From positions 32,001 to 96,000 of the IMG/VR virus record IMGVR_UViG_3300009149_000016: a stretch of DNA of 64,000 nucleotides, one strand, 5' to 3'. Under the pieces are notes generated by a model. That model made no database searches and was not told where the DNA came from. It saw nothing but the letters and a program-made list of their open reading frames with translations. Both the position numbers and the translations under genes were made by a program. Below are positions 34,440 through 42,879 of the stretch, piece by piece; within the stretch, counting starts at the first letter, position 1; each line of letters opens with the position of its first letter. Origin of the DNA: a virus.

Positions 34440-35893
34440 ATCACATCCATCAACACCTCTCGGTGATCGGAAACCTCCATTCCGTTTCCGGTTTGCCCTC
34501 CATACGGGTTTTCGTTCTGCATTCGCCGGCAGATAAAATTGACGCTCGCCAGGAACGGCTCGAAAAGCGGGTTGTCCCGGTTCTTCAGGTTGCAGAACTT
34601 CGTGGTGCCGTCCCCTCGGTGGTCCTCGTTGAGGTACGTGGTCGTGATGACGTCGGCACTGCGTTCGGCTTCATTGGCGTAGCTCAACGCCCGCATCCGG
34701 TAAAGACCTTCGTTCTTGTCGGCGTAGTCCTTACCATCCCGGTTGATTTGGAACAGGAGTAGGATGGGGATGCCTTCGCCGTGGTTGAAGTGAAGGGCGA
34801 ACTTCTTTGCCCCTCGAAGCACGCTGTTCAAGGCGATCGTGTAGTCGCTGCTCCGTTTCGTCTTTTCGATCTCGATGAGCCCGCCGTGGTCGAGCACCAC
34901 CAGGCCAATCTCCATCTCCCGGTGCATCAACTCCGCTTCCATGCGGATGTCTGGGATCGTCACGTCACGGTCGGGTGCCCAAACCTCGAAACGGCAGTAT
35001 TCTGGGTTCGTGGAGAAGTCCTTGATCACCAGTTCGTAGAACTTCTCTTCCTCTTCTGTCAGTTCGCCGTCCCGAACCTTGCGGTAGTCAAGCGGTTGAT
35101 ACCCCTCAAGCCGGAACCTCGCGTGCGCCGAGTGCAGCACGTAGATCAACCGCATGAGGTGCTCGTACTTCATTTCCAGGCTCACGTAGAACACGTTCGT
35201 CCGGTACCGAGTCACCAGGTTGTAAGCCCAGTTGATCGCGAAGGTCGTCTTCAGTTCACCGGCAAACCCGGCGTGAACCCACAGGTCGCCTTTCTTGATC
35301 CCGTGGCAAACCCGGTCGATGTGGTTGAGCCCCGTGAAGCGCCCCCACGCCTTGGACTTGTCTCGCTTGGCAGCCTGGTAGTCGTCCCAAGCTTTCTGAC
35401 CGTCCTGGCGGATGTCGCCACGGGTCTTGGCGTTGCCCTCTGGGACGATCAGACCGTTGGTGTGCTGGACGAAGTGAAGGATGCCGTCCCGCACCCCCCG
35501 ACGCATCTCCCCCTCGACCTTGGCCCCCTTCAGGATGATCTCACGGGCCTCTTGGAGATAGGCGACCGCCCGGCTCTGGTGCTGTTCGTTCAGAAGCGAC
35601 TGAAGGTGGAACGTGAAGTTGCTTCTCGTGTAGGCGGAATCGGCCTTGACGTCCTGAAGCCGCTCAAGCGCCTCGATGTTGTCGTGCTTCCGAAAGAAGT
35701 CCCGAACCGTTCGCTCGCTGGGAAGCTCAAGGTGGCTCTGAAAGAACGTGACGCAGAACTGATAGAGGCGCTGGTCGTCTTTCCGGTCCCATTGGAAGGT
35801 CGTATTCTGGACCTTCCGCATGTTGAGGACCAACTCCTCTTGCTCAACGTCGCCGAAGTCAATCAGTGAACGCAGAATTGTCTTGGTATCCAC
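34436..35893 (-). CDS. DnaB-like replicative helicase
   Basis: TGLNHID, GFAGELKTT, YVSLEM, VLDH, FQINR, AERSADV, KNRD; GTG start at 35893 overlaps upstream TAG. Confidence 0.85.
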   Translation of the reverse strand: MDTKTILRSLIDFGDVEQEELVLNMRKVQNTTFQWDRKDDQRLYQFCVTFFQSHLELPSERTVRDFFRKHDNIEALERLQDVKADSAYTRSNFTFHLQSLLNEQHQSRAVAYLQEAREIILKGAKVEGEMRRGVRDGILHFVQHTNGLIVPEGNAKTRGDIRQDGQKAWDDYQAAKRDKSKAWGRFTGLNHIDRVCHGIKKGDLWVHAGFAGELKTTFAINWAYNLVTRYRTNVFYVSLEMKYEHLMRLIYVLHSAHARFRLEGYQPLDYRKVRDGELTEEEEKFYELVIKDFSTNPEYCRFEVWAPDRDVTIPDIRMEAELMHREMEIGLVVLDHGGLIEIEKTKRSSDYTIALNSVLRGAKKFALHFNHGEGIPILLLFQINRDGKDYADKNEGLYRMRALSYANEAERSADVITTTYLNEDHRGDGTTKFCNLKNRDNPLFEPFLASVNFICRRMQNENPYGGQTGNGMEVSDHREVLMDVI

Positions 35894-36633
35894 TAAATGT
35901 TCCCAAGTCCTGTTGGGCCCGAACCCTGGCTCTCTTTTCGAGCCTTGTCCTGTTTCCACTTCGGCTCACTGCTCACATCGTCGACCCCATGAATCGGTTC
36001 GCTGGTGCACGAGGACATATGCTGGATTGCCGTCGCATGCTTTTCAGTCCTGCGTTGGGCCTTAGGAGCCATGTTGAGCCTTTTGAACCGCCGACGGATG
36101 TAGTTTTCCGTTTCCTGGCTCCATGAAAGGTGGCCCGCCTGAAAGAAATTTTCCGGCTCATTGATGATCCACGTTGGGGCTCCCGCCATCTCCCGCATCA
36201 CGAGCGTCTCATGCAAAACGCCGGGGGCCGCAATGTTCTTGTACTTCAGACCGCCGAGCCGGATGATCAAAAGCTTGATATCCTCAGGGCCAACCAGGTC
36301 TCGGAGGGAGAAGTTGTCCTCCTCCCCGACGTACACCCGAACGAGCCGTTGGTCCGTGACGAGCCGATACTGAAAGGTTGGGCCCTTGCACCCAAGCGCC
36401 CACTTCAGGTGCCCACGGGCAGTCTCCCACGAGACTTCAATCATCAAGTTCTTATCCGTCAGGTCGCGAGTCTCACTCCACAAGGGGCTTCTCGATGGAA
36501 GCTTGGCGTCGGCCAGTGAACCCAGGTAGGTCTTGAGCAGTTTGCGGTAGCGGCAGACGCACTGCGTCACCGTGTCGTCGGTCGTGAAGATGACCCCGGC
36601 ACCTTTGCAGATGGTGCAAACGTCATCCTCCAT
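35893..36633 (-). CDS. Zn-binding protein, possible degenerate helicase-loader
   Basis: CTICKGAG...CVC N-terminus; directly upstream of the helicase; no intact Walker A. Confidence 0.55.
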   Translation of the reverse strand: MEDDVCTICKGAGVIFTTDDTVTQCVCRYRKLLKTYLGSLADAKLPSRSPLWSETRDLTDKNLMIEVSWETARGHLKWALGCKGPTFQYRLVTDQRLVRVYVGEEDNFSLRDLVGPEDIKLLIIRLGGLKYKNIAAPGVLHETLVMREMAGAPTWIINEPENFFQAGHLSWSQETENYIRRRFKRLNMAPKAQRRTEKHATAIQHMSSCTSEPIHGVDDVSSEPKWKQDKARKESQGSGPTGLGNI

Positions 36634-36787
36634 TTTGCCGCTCTTGCTGTCGGAGTTGCTCATCTAGCTTTTTCCTCCGTCGTTCGTCCTGCCACGCTCG
36701 AAGTCGATCCATGAAGGTCGATCGGTACTGGCGAACGTCCTTGTCGGGTACCTTGTGAGGGTCCCAACCCCCGTACTTTGTTGTCAT
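36623..36787 (-). CDS. Small hypothetical protein (54 aa; missing from the track)
   Basis: MTTKYGGWDPHKVPDK...; ATGA overlap with the SNF2 stop; GGGAGG RBS. Confidence 0.55.
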   Translation of the reverse strand: MTTKYGGWDPHKVPDKDVRQYRSTFMDRLRAWQDERRRKKLDEQLRQQERQNGG

Positions 36788-38529
36788 TTATCCCTCCCTT
36801 GCAGCATCCCAACGAGATCCCGGATGCTGTTGCGCCCCTTCTCGAATTCCAAAGCGCCCACAGCCGCCTCACCAAGCACCTTGTTGATGACGTTGCGCTT
36901 CTTTCGTAGGAGAGTCAGGACGTAGTGGTCGATGGTGTGGACCCCCTCTTCTGGCTTGCCGTGCCGCTCGGCGATGAGGTGGTAGCACAGGACGTTCGGA
37001 TGGGGGCTACCGATCCGGATGGGACGGCCCAAGATCTGGACGTAATTGCCGTAGCTCCACGGAGCATCGTAGAACACGATGGCTGCCGCCGCCTGCAAGT
37101 TGATCGATTCTGAACCGGCATCCGTAATGAAGATTACATGGATATCGCTTTTCATATCCGTGAAGACTTTCTTGGCCTCTTCACGTTTGGCGTCATTCTC
37201 TTTGCCGGTGATCCGGACGGACTTGATACCGACCTGGTCGAGAAGTCCCCGGAGCCGAGCGACGACCGATTCGAACCGGGTGTAGACGATGACCTTCTCA
37301 CCGTCCAACTCCTCTGCCATGAGCGCTTGGAGCATCTGTTCCTTCGAACCGAGCTTGCCCACCTCCAAGTCTTCGTCGAAGTCGATGATGAAATCTCCTT
37401 CCCGGTACTTGAGCAAGTCCAGGGAGTTGACCACCTTTTGGCACATCATCAAACTCGTCAGGGCTTTGCTGTCCTCATAATCAAGGACTTCGCCGGACCC
37501 AAGCTCCAAAACTCCGCTGAGCGCCTCGCAATACTTGGCGTCCTCGACCTTGCTCATCGGGAAGCGAACCTCACGGGTCGTGAGTGTCGGAAGCTCGGCC
37601 GATACCTCGTGCTTCTGGCGCCCCAAGAAAAACGTGTCGATTCGGTCCCGGAACCGGTCCAGGTTCTTGAACCCGAGCACGATCGGGATCTTGCGACGAC
37701 CCACCGGCTGCATCTTCACGAAACAGAAGTCGTCCATGAACTTCGTCTTCGTGGTGAACACCCCCGGCATGATAACGCCGTAGATGCTGAAGCCTTCCAT
37801 CAAGTGGTTCTTCAGAAGGGTTGCGGTCAGGCCGTAGACCCGGTGGGAGCGGCTCGCCACCTGGGCGCATACGTCCCAGGTCTGGGTTCGGCTGTTTTTG
37901 AAGGCACTCGCTTCGTCGAAGATCATGACCAAGCTCTCGACCGAGTCGGTGATCCTGTCGAGAAGGCCAGGCACGACGGACGCGCCTTTCTTGAGGGCTT
38001 TCTTCTCTGGGATGAATCGGCCCTGTTTCCAATCCCGCACGAGGATGTGGTAGTTCATGATGAGAACTACCTTCTCGGCATCGGGGCCCGTGGGGGCCTC
38101 CTGCCACGCCTTGTATGCCGCCTCACGCTTGGCGAGGGTGCCGGATGCGATGACGGTCCGGACCCCCTTGGCAAAGCGCTGGATCTCCCCAGCCCACTGC
38201 CGAAGGGCGCTCTTTGGGGCGACCACGATCACCTTGTTGTTGTGCTCGATGCTCCACAGGTAGCACAGGGCGGCAATCGTCTCGATCGTCTTGCCTAGCC
38301 CGCACGCGTCCCCAAGGACCATGCGTTTGAGCTTGAGCATGTGGAAGGTGCCTTGGACCTGGTAGTACCGGAGCCGGAAGGGCTCTCGACCCCCGTCAAA
38401 GCTGGAGATTTCCTCCCGAAGCATTGGGCACGGTTTGAGTGAAACCGTCTTGGAAGCCCGGACCTTCTGGAGTTGCTCGTAGATGGGTCGATGGGTCTCG
38501 ACCGGATCAGCAATCGGCTTGGCTGGCAT
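36784..38529 (-). CDS. SNF2-family (SF2) helicase/ATPase
   Basis: GDACGLGKT, VVAPKS...QW, FDEAS, GLTAT, SESINLQ, QILGRPIRIG. Confidence 0.9.
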   Translation of the reverse strand: MPAKPIADPVETHRPIYEQLQKVRASKTVSLKPCPMLREEISSFDGGREPFRLRYYQVQGTFHMLKLKRMVLGDACGLGKTIETIAALCYLWSIEHNNKVIVVAPKSALRQWAGEIQRFAKGVRTVIASGTLAKREAAYKAWQEAPTGPDAEKVVLIMNYHILVRDWKQGRFIPEKKALKKGASVVPGLLDRITDSVESLVMIFDEASAFKNSRTQTWDVCAQVASRSHRVYGLTATLLKNHLMEGFSIYGVIMPGVFTTKTKFMDDFCFVKMQPVGRRKIPIVLGFKNLDRFRDRIDTFFLGRQKHEVSAELPTLTTREVRFPMSKVEDAKYCEALSGVLELGSGEVLDYEDSKALTSLMMCQKVVNSLDLLKYREGDFIIDFDEDLEVGKLGSKEQMLQALMAEELDGEKVIVYTRFESVVARLRGLLDQVGIKSVRITGKENDAKREEAKKVFTDMKSDIHVIFITDAGSESINLQAAAAIVFYDAPWSYGNYVQILGRPIRIGSPHPNVLCYHLIAERHGKPEEGVHTIDHYVLTLLRKKRNVINKVLGEAAVGALEFEKGRNSIRDLVGMLQGRDK

Positions 38530-38547
38530 CCTTCTTACCTACACTGG

Positions 38548-38576
38548 TTGATTGGCTTGGGCACCATGTCTTATGG
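38548..38576 (+). promoter_or_regulatory. Class-1 promoter-like motif TTGATT-N17-TTATGG
   Basis: Repeat copy; ATG 5 nt downstream; back-to-back with a divergent class-2 motif at 38539-38545. Confidence 0.65.
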
Positions 38577-38581
38577 GGTGC

Positions 38582-38836
38582 ATGGAGCCTTTCAACGTTA
38601 CGACCGAGACCACCCACCACCGACTAACTGCCGTGGTCATCCGTGAGGAGAACAGCGGACGTCGTTGGCGAAGCAACCGTGCGTTTGGCTCGGAGATGAG
38701 CGCCACCCGTTTCGCTATCGAACAGGTGGTTCCGGCGCTTCAAAAAGGTGCTCACCCGGGCACATCCACCAAGTGGACGGAGATCGAGCCGGTTCACCAG
38801 AGCCCGGCCTGGTACCTGCAACAGCGGGCAGGCTAA
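38582..38836 (+). CDS. Small hypothetical protein
   Basis: ATG 38582 directly after the class-1 motif. Confidence 0.65.
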   Translation: MEPFNVTTETTHHRLTAVVIREENSGRRWRSNRAFGSEMSATRFAIEQVVPALQKGAHPGTSTKWTEIEPVHQSPAWYLQQRAG

Positions 38837-39234
38837 GCCTGCTTGCCTCCGTGGCGAAAGGATCGCGTCTGATTGTACGCATCCTTGACCGCCACCGCCT
38901 TGCCGATGTCCACCCCGTAGAAGCCCGCCATATCGAGCGCTCGGATGATCACGTCGGCAAGCTCTTCCTCGAAATACGTGAGCGGCTCTAGCCCCAGCGC
39001 TTTCATCTCTTCAGCCTTGTCGCAGGGCTCGTTGAGGAGACCCTTTCGATAGGCGGTCCAGATCTCAGCCACCTCTTCGTGAAGGTTGGACGTGTAACGA
39101 CCGACCCCCTGGGCTTCCAACTCTGGGTCGTGGAAGCCTTTTGCGGTGTGGATCTTGAGGATGTGGTCGCCGAGCGTGTTGAGGATGACCAAATCGAGCG
39201 GCTGGTACTGCTTGTATGGAGTCTGGTCAGACAT
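38833..39234 (-). CDS. MazG-like nucleotide pyrophosphohydrolase
   Basis: LHEEVAE...EEELADVIIR...K..YN.TR..RHGGK. Confidence 0.85.
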   Translation of the reverse strand: MSDQTPYKQYQPLDLVILNTLGDHILKIHTAKGFHDPELEAQGVGRYTSNLHEEVAEIWTAYRKGLLNEPCDKAEEMKALGLEPLTYFEEELADVIIRALDMAGFYGVDIGKAVAVKDAYNQTRSFRHGGKQA

Positions 39235-39460
39235 GCCCGGATCTTACACCCTTGAAGGGTATGAATCGAGCAAGACGACGGCCTTCAGGCCAATCGACGA
39301 TCTCATTCCACATCTCAAGCGGACGGATCCACGTGCCCTCTTGGTCCATGTTGACGTAGACCACCATCTTGGACTGGTCCTCCGAGTGTTTCCCCACCGC
39401 AATGACCTGGTACAGACCGCCCTTGAAGTGTCGGTAGAGTTTGCCAACTTTCGGTTGCAT
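39227..39460 (-). CDS. DUF1653 family protein
   Basis: YRHFKGGLYQV...HSE...VVY...WIRPLEM...RF; second ATG (39460) fits class-2 spacing. Confidence 0.85.
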   Translation of the reverse strand: MQPKVGKLYRHFKGGLYQVIAVGKHSEDQSKMVVYVNMDQEGTWIRPLEMWNEIVDWPEGRRLARFIPFKGVRSGHV

Positions 39461-39489
39461 GCTCATACCCTACACCCCTTAAATTAGTT

Positions 39490-39580
39490 GGGCCCTGGTT
39501 GAGTTGTCAGGGCCCGAATATAGGCACAGTTGAGTTGTCGCGCCTACTAGAGCGGCCATAGTTGAGTTGTCATGCCCGCT
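39490..39580 (-). ncRNA. Array of three stem-loops with identical 10-nt loop ACAACUCAAC (putative structured RNA or ssDNA element)
   Basis: Stems 39490-97/39508-15, 39521-28/39539-46 and 39551-60/39571-80 differ in sequence but pair; G-U pairs form only on the minus strand. Confidence 0.65.
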
Positions 39581-39614
39581 ACAAGAATCAAAGTATCGTT
39601 CGGGGAGCGAATTG

Positions 39615-40907
39615 TCAAGTGGGTTCCAAGCAGATCGTGACATTCGCATGGCGGCGAGACACGTTGAACTTGCGCTGGAAGGGCTCGGATCGAACGCCTG
39701 TGGACGAATCGAGCGCGTACATCTGCACCCTGCTTGCAATCTCAGAGGAATCCAGGTTGAGTCCAGCCCCCTTGGTGACTTCCAGAGATACGTGAATGTT
39801 GTGCGGACCGTCCACGTTATCCCAAGCATCCCAGCCCACAGAGGAGATCGACTTGCGCCGGGAAGGAATTCCCCGTGTGCCGACGTACTCCCCGATCACC
39901 CGAATCGAACCGCCTTGGTCAACACCGATCCCGAAGTGGTCGATCCCGTAGGGCTTCAGGTAGAATGCGTAGAAGGTGTCGGGGCCAGCAACGCGTGTGA
40001 GGGGGTAAACAACCAGTCCCTCACGGTGCTGGTTGAAGTATCGACCGCCTCGAAGGTCTGCCATGGTTTCGAGAGTCCTGACGGTCGGAGACGGTAGTCC
40101 TTGAAGCCCGAAGAACCGAGGCGTTCCGACTTGGAAGGTATCGCCGACGCCCGTTGCGGCGTAGTTGGCGGTTCCTGTGTTGTACGCCTGGCGTTGAGTC
40201 GAACCCGAGATCACGTAGGACCCCACCTTGGGTTGATGGTAGAGGTTCTTTTTGGTGTGAGACCAGATAAGGCATGAACTGTTCAAGGGGGCCACAGGTG
40301 TGACGATTGAGTGAAATGCGTTCATGAAGTCACGACCGGGCTCCGTGAAGGCATCGGTCCAATGACCGCCACCGCCTTCAAACGCAGTATCGATTCCACA
40401 CGTTGGCGGAAGCCCACTACGATAACGCCGGTTGTAGGAGCCGCCCCCTCGCATGCTGCTGTACATCCGGTTGTGGCAAGAGACCCGAACTTGGTTCATG
40501 TCGGGGTCGAACACCTCGAAGACCCGAACCACAGCTTGGTCATCGAAAAAACCGCCGCTCGACGCCGTGTTGGCCCAAACATAGGAGATCACCTCAGCAA
40601 TCGTGCCTTGTGCTTGATAGTGTTTCGTCCCGGTGCCGCCTGGAAAGTCGATCTCGAAGAACGCACCTTGCAAAGTGTCGTCCCACTGCTGTGCCGTGTG
40701 GCCCGGGGTGACTGCATTTGCGCTCACGGTGATTGGACGCGTTCGCAAGTAAAACGTGATTTGGTCCGTCTGCCGCAAGTACCAGCGAGGACGACGGGTC
40801 CATGTCTGAGTCACGTTGTCCCACTGCCAAATCGTGCGCTCAGCGTCGACGTAAACTTGACGGGGCGATGTCGGGATTGGCTTTGTGACGGTGTTCCACT
40901 CAAACAT
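39615..40907 (-). CDS. Putative tail-associated protein
   Basis: 430 aa, beta/Gly/Thr-rich; AAGGA RBS; end of the structural block. Confidence 0.65.
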   Translation of the reverse strand: MFEWNTVTKPIPTSPRQVYVDAERTIWQWDNVTQTWTRRPRWYLRQTDQITFYLRTRPITVSANAVTPGHTAQQWDDTLQGAFFEIDFPGGTGTKHYQAQGTIAEVISYVWANTASSGGFFDDQAVVRVFEVFDPDMNQVRVSCHNRMYSSMRGGGSYNRRYRSGLPPTCGIDTAFEGGGGHWTDAFTEPGRDFMNAFHSIVTPVAPLNSSCLIWSHTKKNLYHQPKVGSYVISGSTQRQAYNTGTANYAATGVGDTFQVGTPRFFGLQGLPSPTVRTLETMADLRGGRYFNQHREGLVVYPLTRVAGPDTFYAFYLKPYGIDHFGIGVDQGGSIRVIGEYVGTRGIPSRRKSISSVGWDAWDNVDGPHNIHVSLEVTKGAGLNLDSSEIASRVQMYALDSSTGVRSEPFQRKFNVSRRHANVTICLEPT

Positions 40908-40952
40908 GATGTGTCCTTAGTTGCAGGTATCGGACTGCACTCCGCTGGTCAA

Positions 40953-41537
40953 TTAGAAGGCGAACCAGAGCCCAAAGTGAGGGTTGTGTGTCCAGGATGC
41001 CCAAGCCAGTGCATAGCCTGCGTGCGCCCCGAAGTTCTTGGTGACATCGACCCCAAAGCTCAAGCCTGTCGACCTGATCCCGACGTTGGCGTTGAGGTTG
41101 GCCCACTGCCAATGGAAGAAATCGAGCATGGCAGAGATCTCAAGACCCTCACGCAAGTCCTTGGCGTTCCACGCCTCGACCGCCAAAAGCCCCATCGCCG
41201 CCTTGGGTCGCAGCCGAAAGCCCCACGTTGAAGGCTCGACCATCCCCACCACGACATCGATCTTGCCCGCAGCGTCGGCTTCGTACGTGCACCACTGCAT
41301 CCGCAGCTTGTATGGATGAGGCTGGGCGCCCGAGTAGAAGATGCGTCCCTCACGATCACGGATGATGGTGATCGGATCCAACTCGAAAGTCGGGTCCTGG
41401 GTCTGCAAGCACTTCTTTTCCTTCAGAAGCTCGACGAACACGTTCATGTCCGGCTCTGGGACACAGGTTCCGTCAGGGCATTCTTGCGCCGCAGCGAGCG
41501 ACGGAAGGAAAACGAGCGCTAGGGGGGCCCACCGCAT
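40953..41537 (-). CDS. Exported protein with beta-barrel-like C-terminus
   Basis: Signal peptide MRWAPLALVFLPSLAAA|Q; amphipathic strands ending FGLWFAF. Confidence 0.7.
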   Translation of the reverse strand: MRWAPLALVFLPSLAAAQECPDGTCVPEPDMNVFVELLKEKKCLQTQDPTFELDPITIIRDREGRIFYSGAQPHPYKLRMQWCTYEADAAGKIDVVVGMVEPSTWGFRLRPKAAMGLLAVEAWNAKDLREGLEISAMLDFFHWQWANLNANVGIRSTGLSFGVDVTKNFGAHAGYALAWASWTHNPHFGLWFAF

Positions 41538-41887
41538 CACTTCTCCCGATAGTAGGAGTAGACCTTGGGGGCGTTCTTCGACTTGTAGGCGTCCAACTTG
41601 GTCTTGAGCGCCGTCCACAAGCGAGGGTCGGACCCAAGATGGTTGGAGATGAGCCGGTAGCGTCCCCAGTTCGTGATCAGTTCTTCCAACTTGAACGGAA
41701 GCTTTTCCAATGCACCAAGGGACTTGAGCCATGGCATCAAGATGTGGTTTCGCCCAAAAACCAAAGCGATCTGCTCAATCGCAACGACAACGTCACCTCG
41801 GTGAGGCACCGTCACTCTGTCTTTCAACAGTTGCTGGGCTTCCATCTTGACGTCGACGGGGAGCTTGAGATCTGCTGTCGGATTCAT
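41537..41887 (-). CDS. Hypothetical protein ending VYSYYREK
   Basis: 116 aa, coupled both sides. Confidence 0.65.
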   Translation of the reverse strand: MNPTADLKLPVDVKMEAQQLLKDRVTVPHRGDVVVAIEQIALVFGRNHILMPWLKSLGALEKLPFKLEELITNWGRYRLISNHLGSDPRLWTALKTKLDAYKSKNAPKVYSYYREK

Positions 41888-42162
41888 CGCACCACCGAAA
41901 TTGCTTTTTCGAGAATCTTCCGAGCATCCGCAGAGGCCCTCGCTGGAGTGTCCCCCTCACCCGTGACAACAGGGGCACCCCCACCGAAGTACAACGCGCA
42001 GAACCATTTGTTGGACAAGGGGCCATACCCTTTTTTCATGGTCGCACGACCAATCTTCCTTCCTTTCGCAACCAAAGGAAGGGTGAAGCCCTCAGCCCCG
42101 GAGATGTCATCTACCCAAGGTTTCCAAGCAGCGATGTGGGTTCGGTCGTAGGAGTACATCAC
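41884..42162 (-). CDS. Hypothetical protein starting MYSYDR
   Basis: 92 aa, coupled both sides. Confidence 0.65.
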   Translation of the reverse strand: MMYSYDRTHIAAWKPWVDDISGAEGFTLPLVAKGRKIGRATMKKGYGPLSNKWFCALYFGGGAPVVTGEGDTPARASADARKILEKAISVVR

Positions 42163-42677
42163 TCACCGTATTTCTTCAAAAGATCATCGACGTCCTTGCC
42201 CGTCACCGGGCTGCTGTCCTTGACCGTGACAACGGTGATCTCTGGGCTCACAATCACGACTTGGTCGACATCCTTGGCCTTGACGCCGTCAGGAAGCTCG
42301 ATCTCGATCGTCTCTTCACCCGGGGGAGTAATCTTCACGACGTCAGGATCGTCGAAAAGACCAGGAAGCTCGACAGGGACCACCTTGGCTTGGGTGACGC
42401 CCTTCGAATCAGGTGTGCCCGGCCGGATGATGTTGCCATCCTTGTCGACTCGACCCTCCGGAATGGAGTTGGCAATGTCGATGGCGCGCTTGGCCGACTT
42501 CCGGTCACGCCCAAAAAGCTTGCCGAGAAGCCCACCGATCTGAGGCTTGAACCCCAAAACGATGAGAAGCCCGGCGCCGACCACGATGAGGATGGCGACA
42601 CCCGGAGCGAAGATCGTACGAGAGATCTTCTTTAGCCATCGCCAGGTGGCTTGCCAGAAGGTCTCTTCCTCGCTCAT
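42159..42677 (-). CDS. Single-pass membrane protein
   Basis: Hydrophobic IFAPGVAILIVVGAGLLIVLGF near the N-terminus; ATG 42677 (ATGA overlap). Confidence 0.75.
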   Translation of the reverse strand: MSEEETFWQATWRWLKKISRTIFAPGVAILIVVGAGLLIVLGFKPQIGGLLGKLFGRDRKSAKRAIDIANSIPEGRVDKDGNIIRPGTPDSKGVTQAKVVPVELPGLFDDPDVVKITPPGEETIEIELPDGVKAKDVDQVVIVSPEITVVTVKDSSPVTGKDVDDLLKKYGE

Positions 42678-42871
42678 TTTCTTTCCTGAACGGGGATTGC
42701 CCCCGCTTCCCAAGCCGCCAGCTTCTGAAGTTGCTTCATGATGACCTTGGCTTGAAGCTGGTCCATGATCGGGTTGGCGAGCATCGCCTTGAGGTGGGTC
42801 CGGCGCGTAGCAGCGGCTTCGCGCCGCTGCTGTGGGCTCAGATCCAAGTAGGACATGTGCTTGACGCTCAT
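42674..42871 (-). CDS. Small hypothetical protein
   Basis: 65 aa; AGGAG RBS. Confidence 0.65.
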   Translation of the reverse strand: MSVKHMSYLDLSPQQRREAAATRRTHLKAMLANPIMDQLQAKVIMKQLQKLAAWEAGAIPVQERK

Positions 42872-42879
42872 GGTAGCTC

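Noticed and set aside
35894-35959. RTWEHL in the helicase N-terminus as another PTIWERL copy
   Set aside because: It lies upstream of the likely GTG start at 35893, inside the preceding gene
39490-39580. Mini-CRISPR interpretation of the GTTGAGTTGTC repeats
   Set aside because: The repeat is only 11 nt, the 'spacers' are ~20 nt and pair across each repeat, and no cas genes are present; reported as a hairpin array instead
39479-39829. ORFs crossing the hairpin array (39479-39829 minus, 39562-39795 and 39567-40097 plus)
   Set aside because: They overlap a better gene or the repeat element and have no coding-like composition
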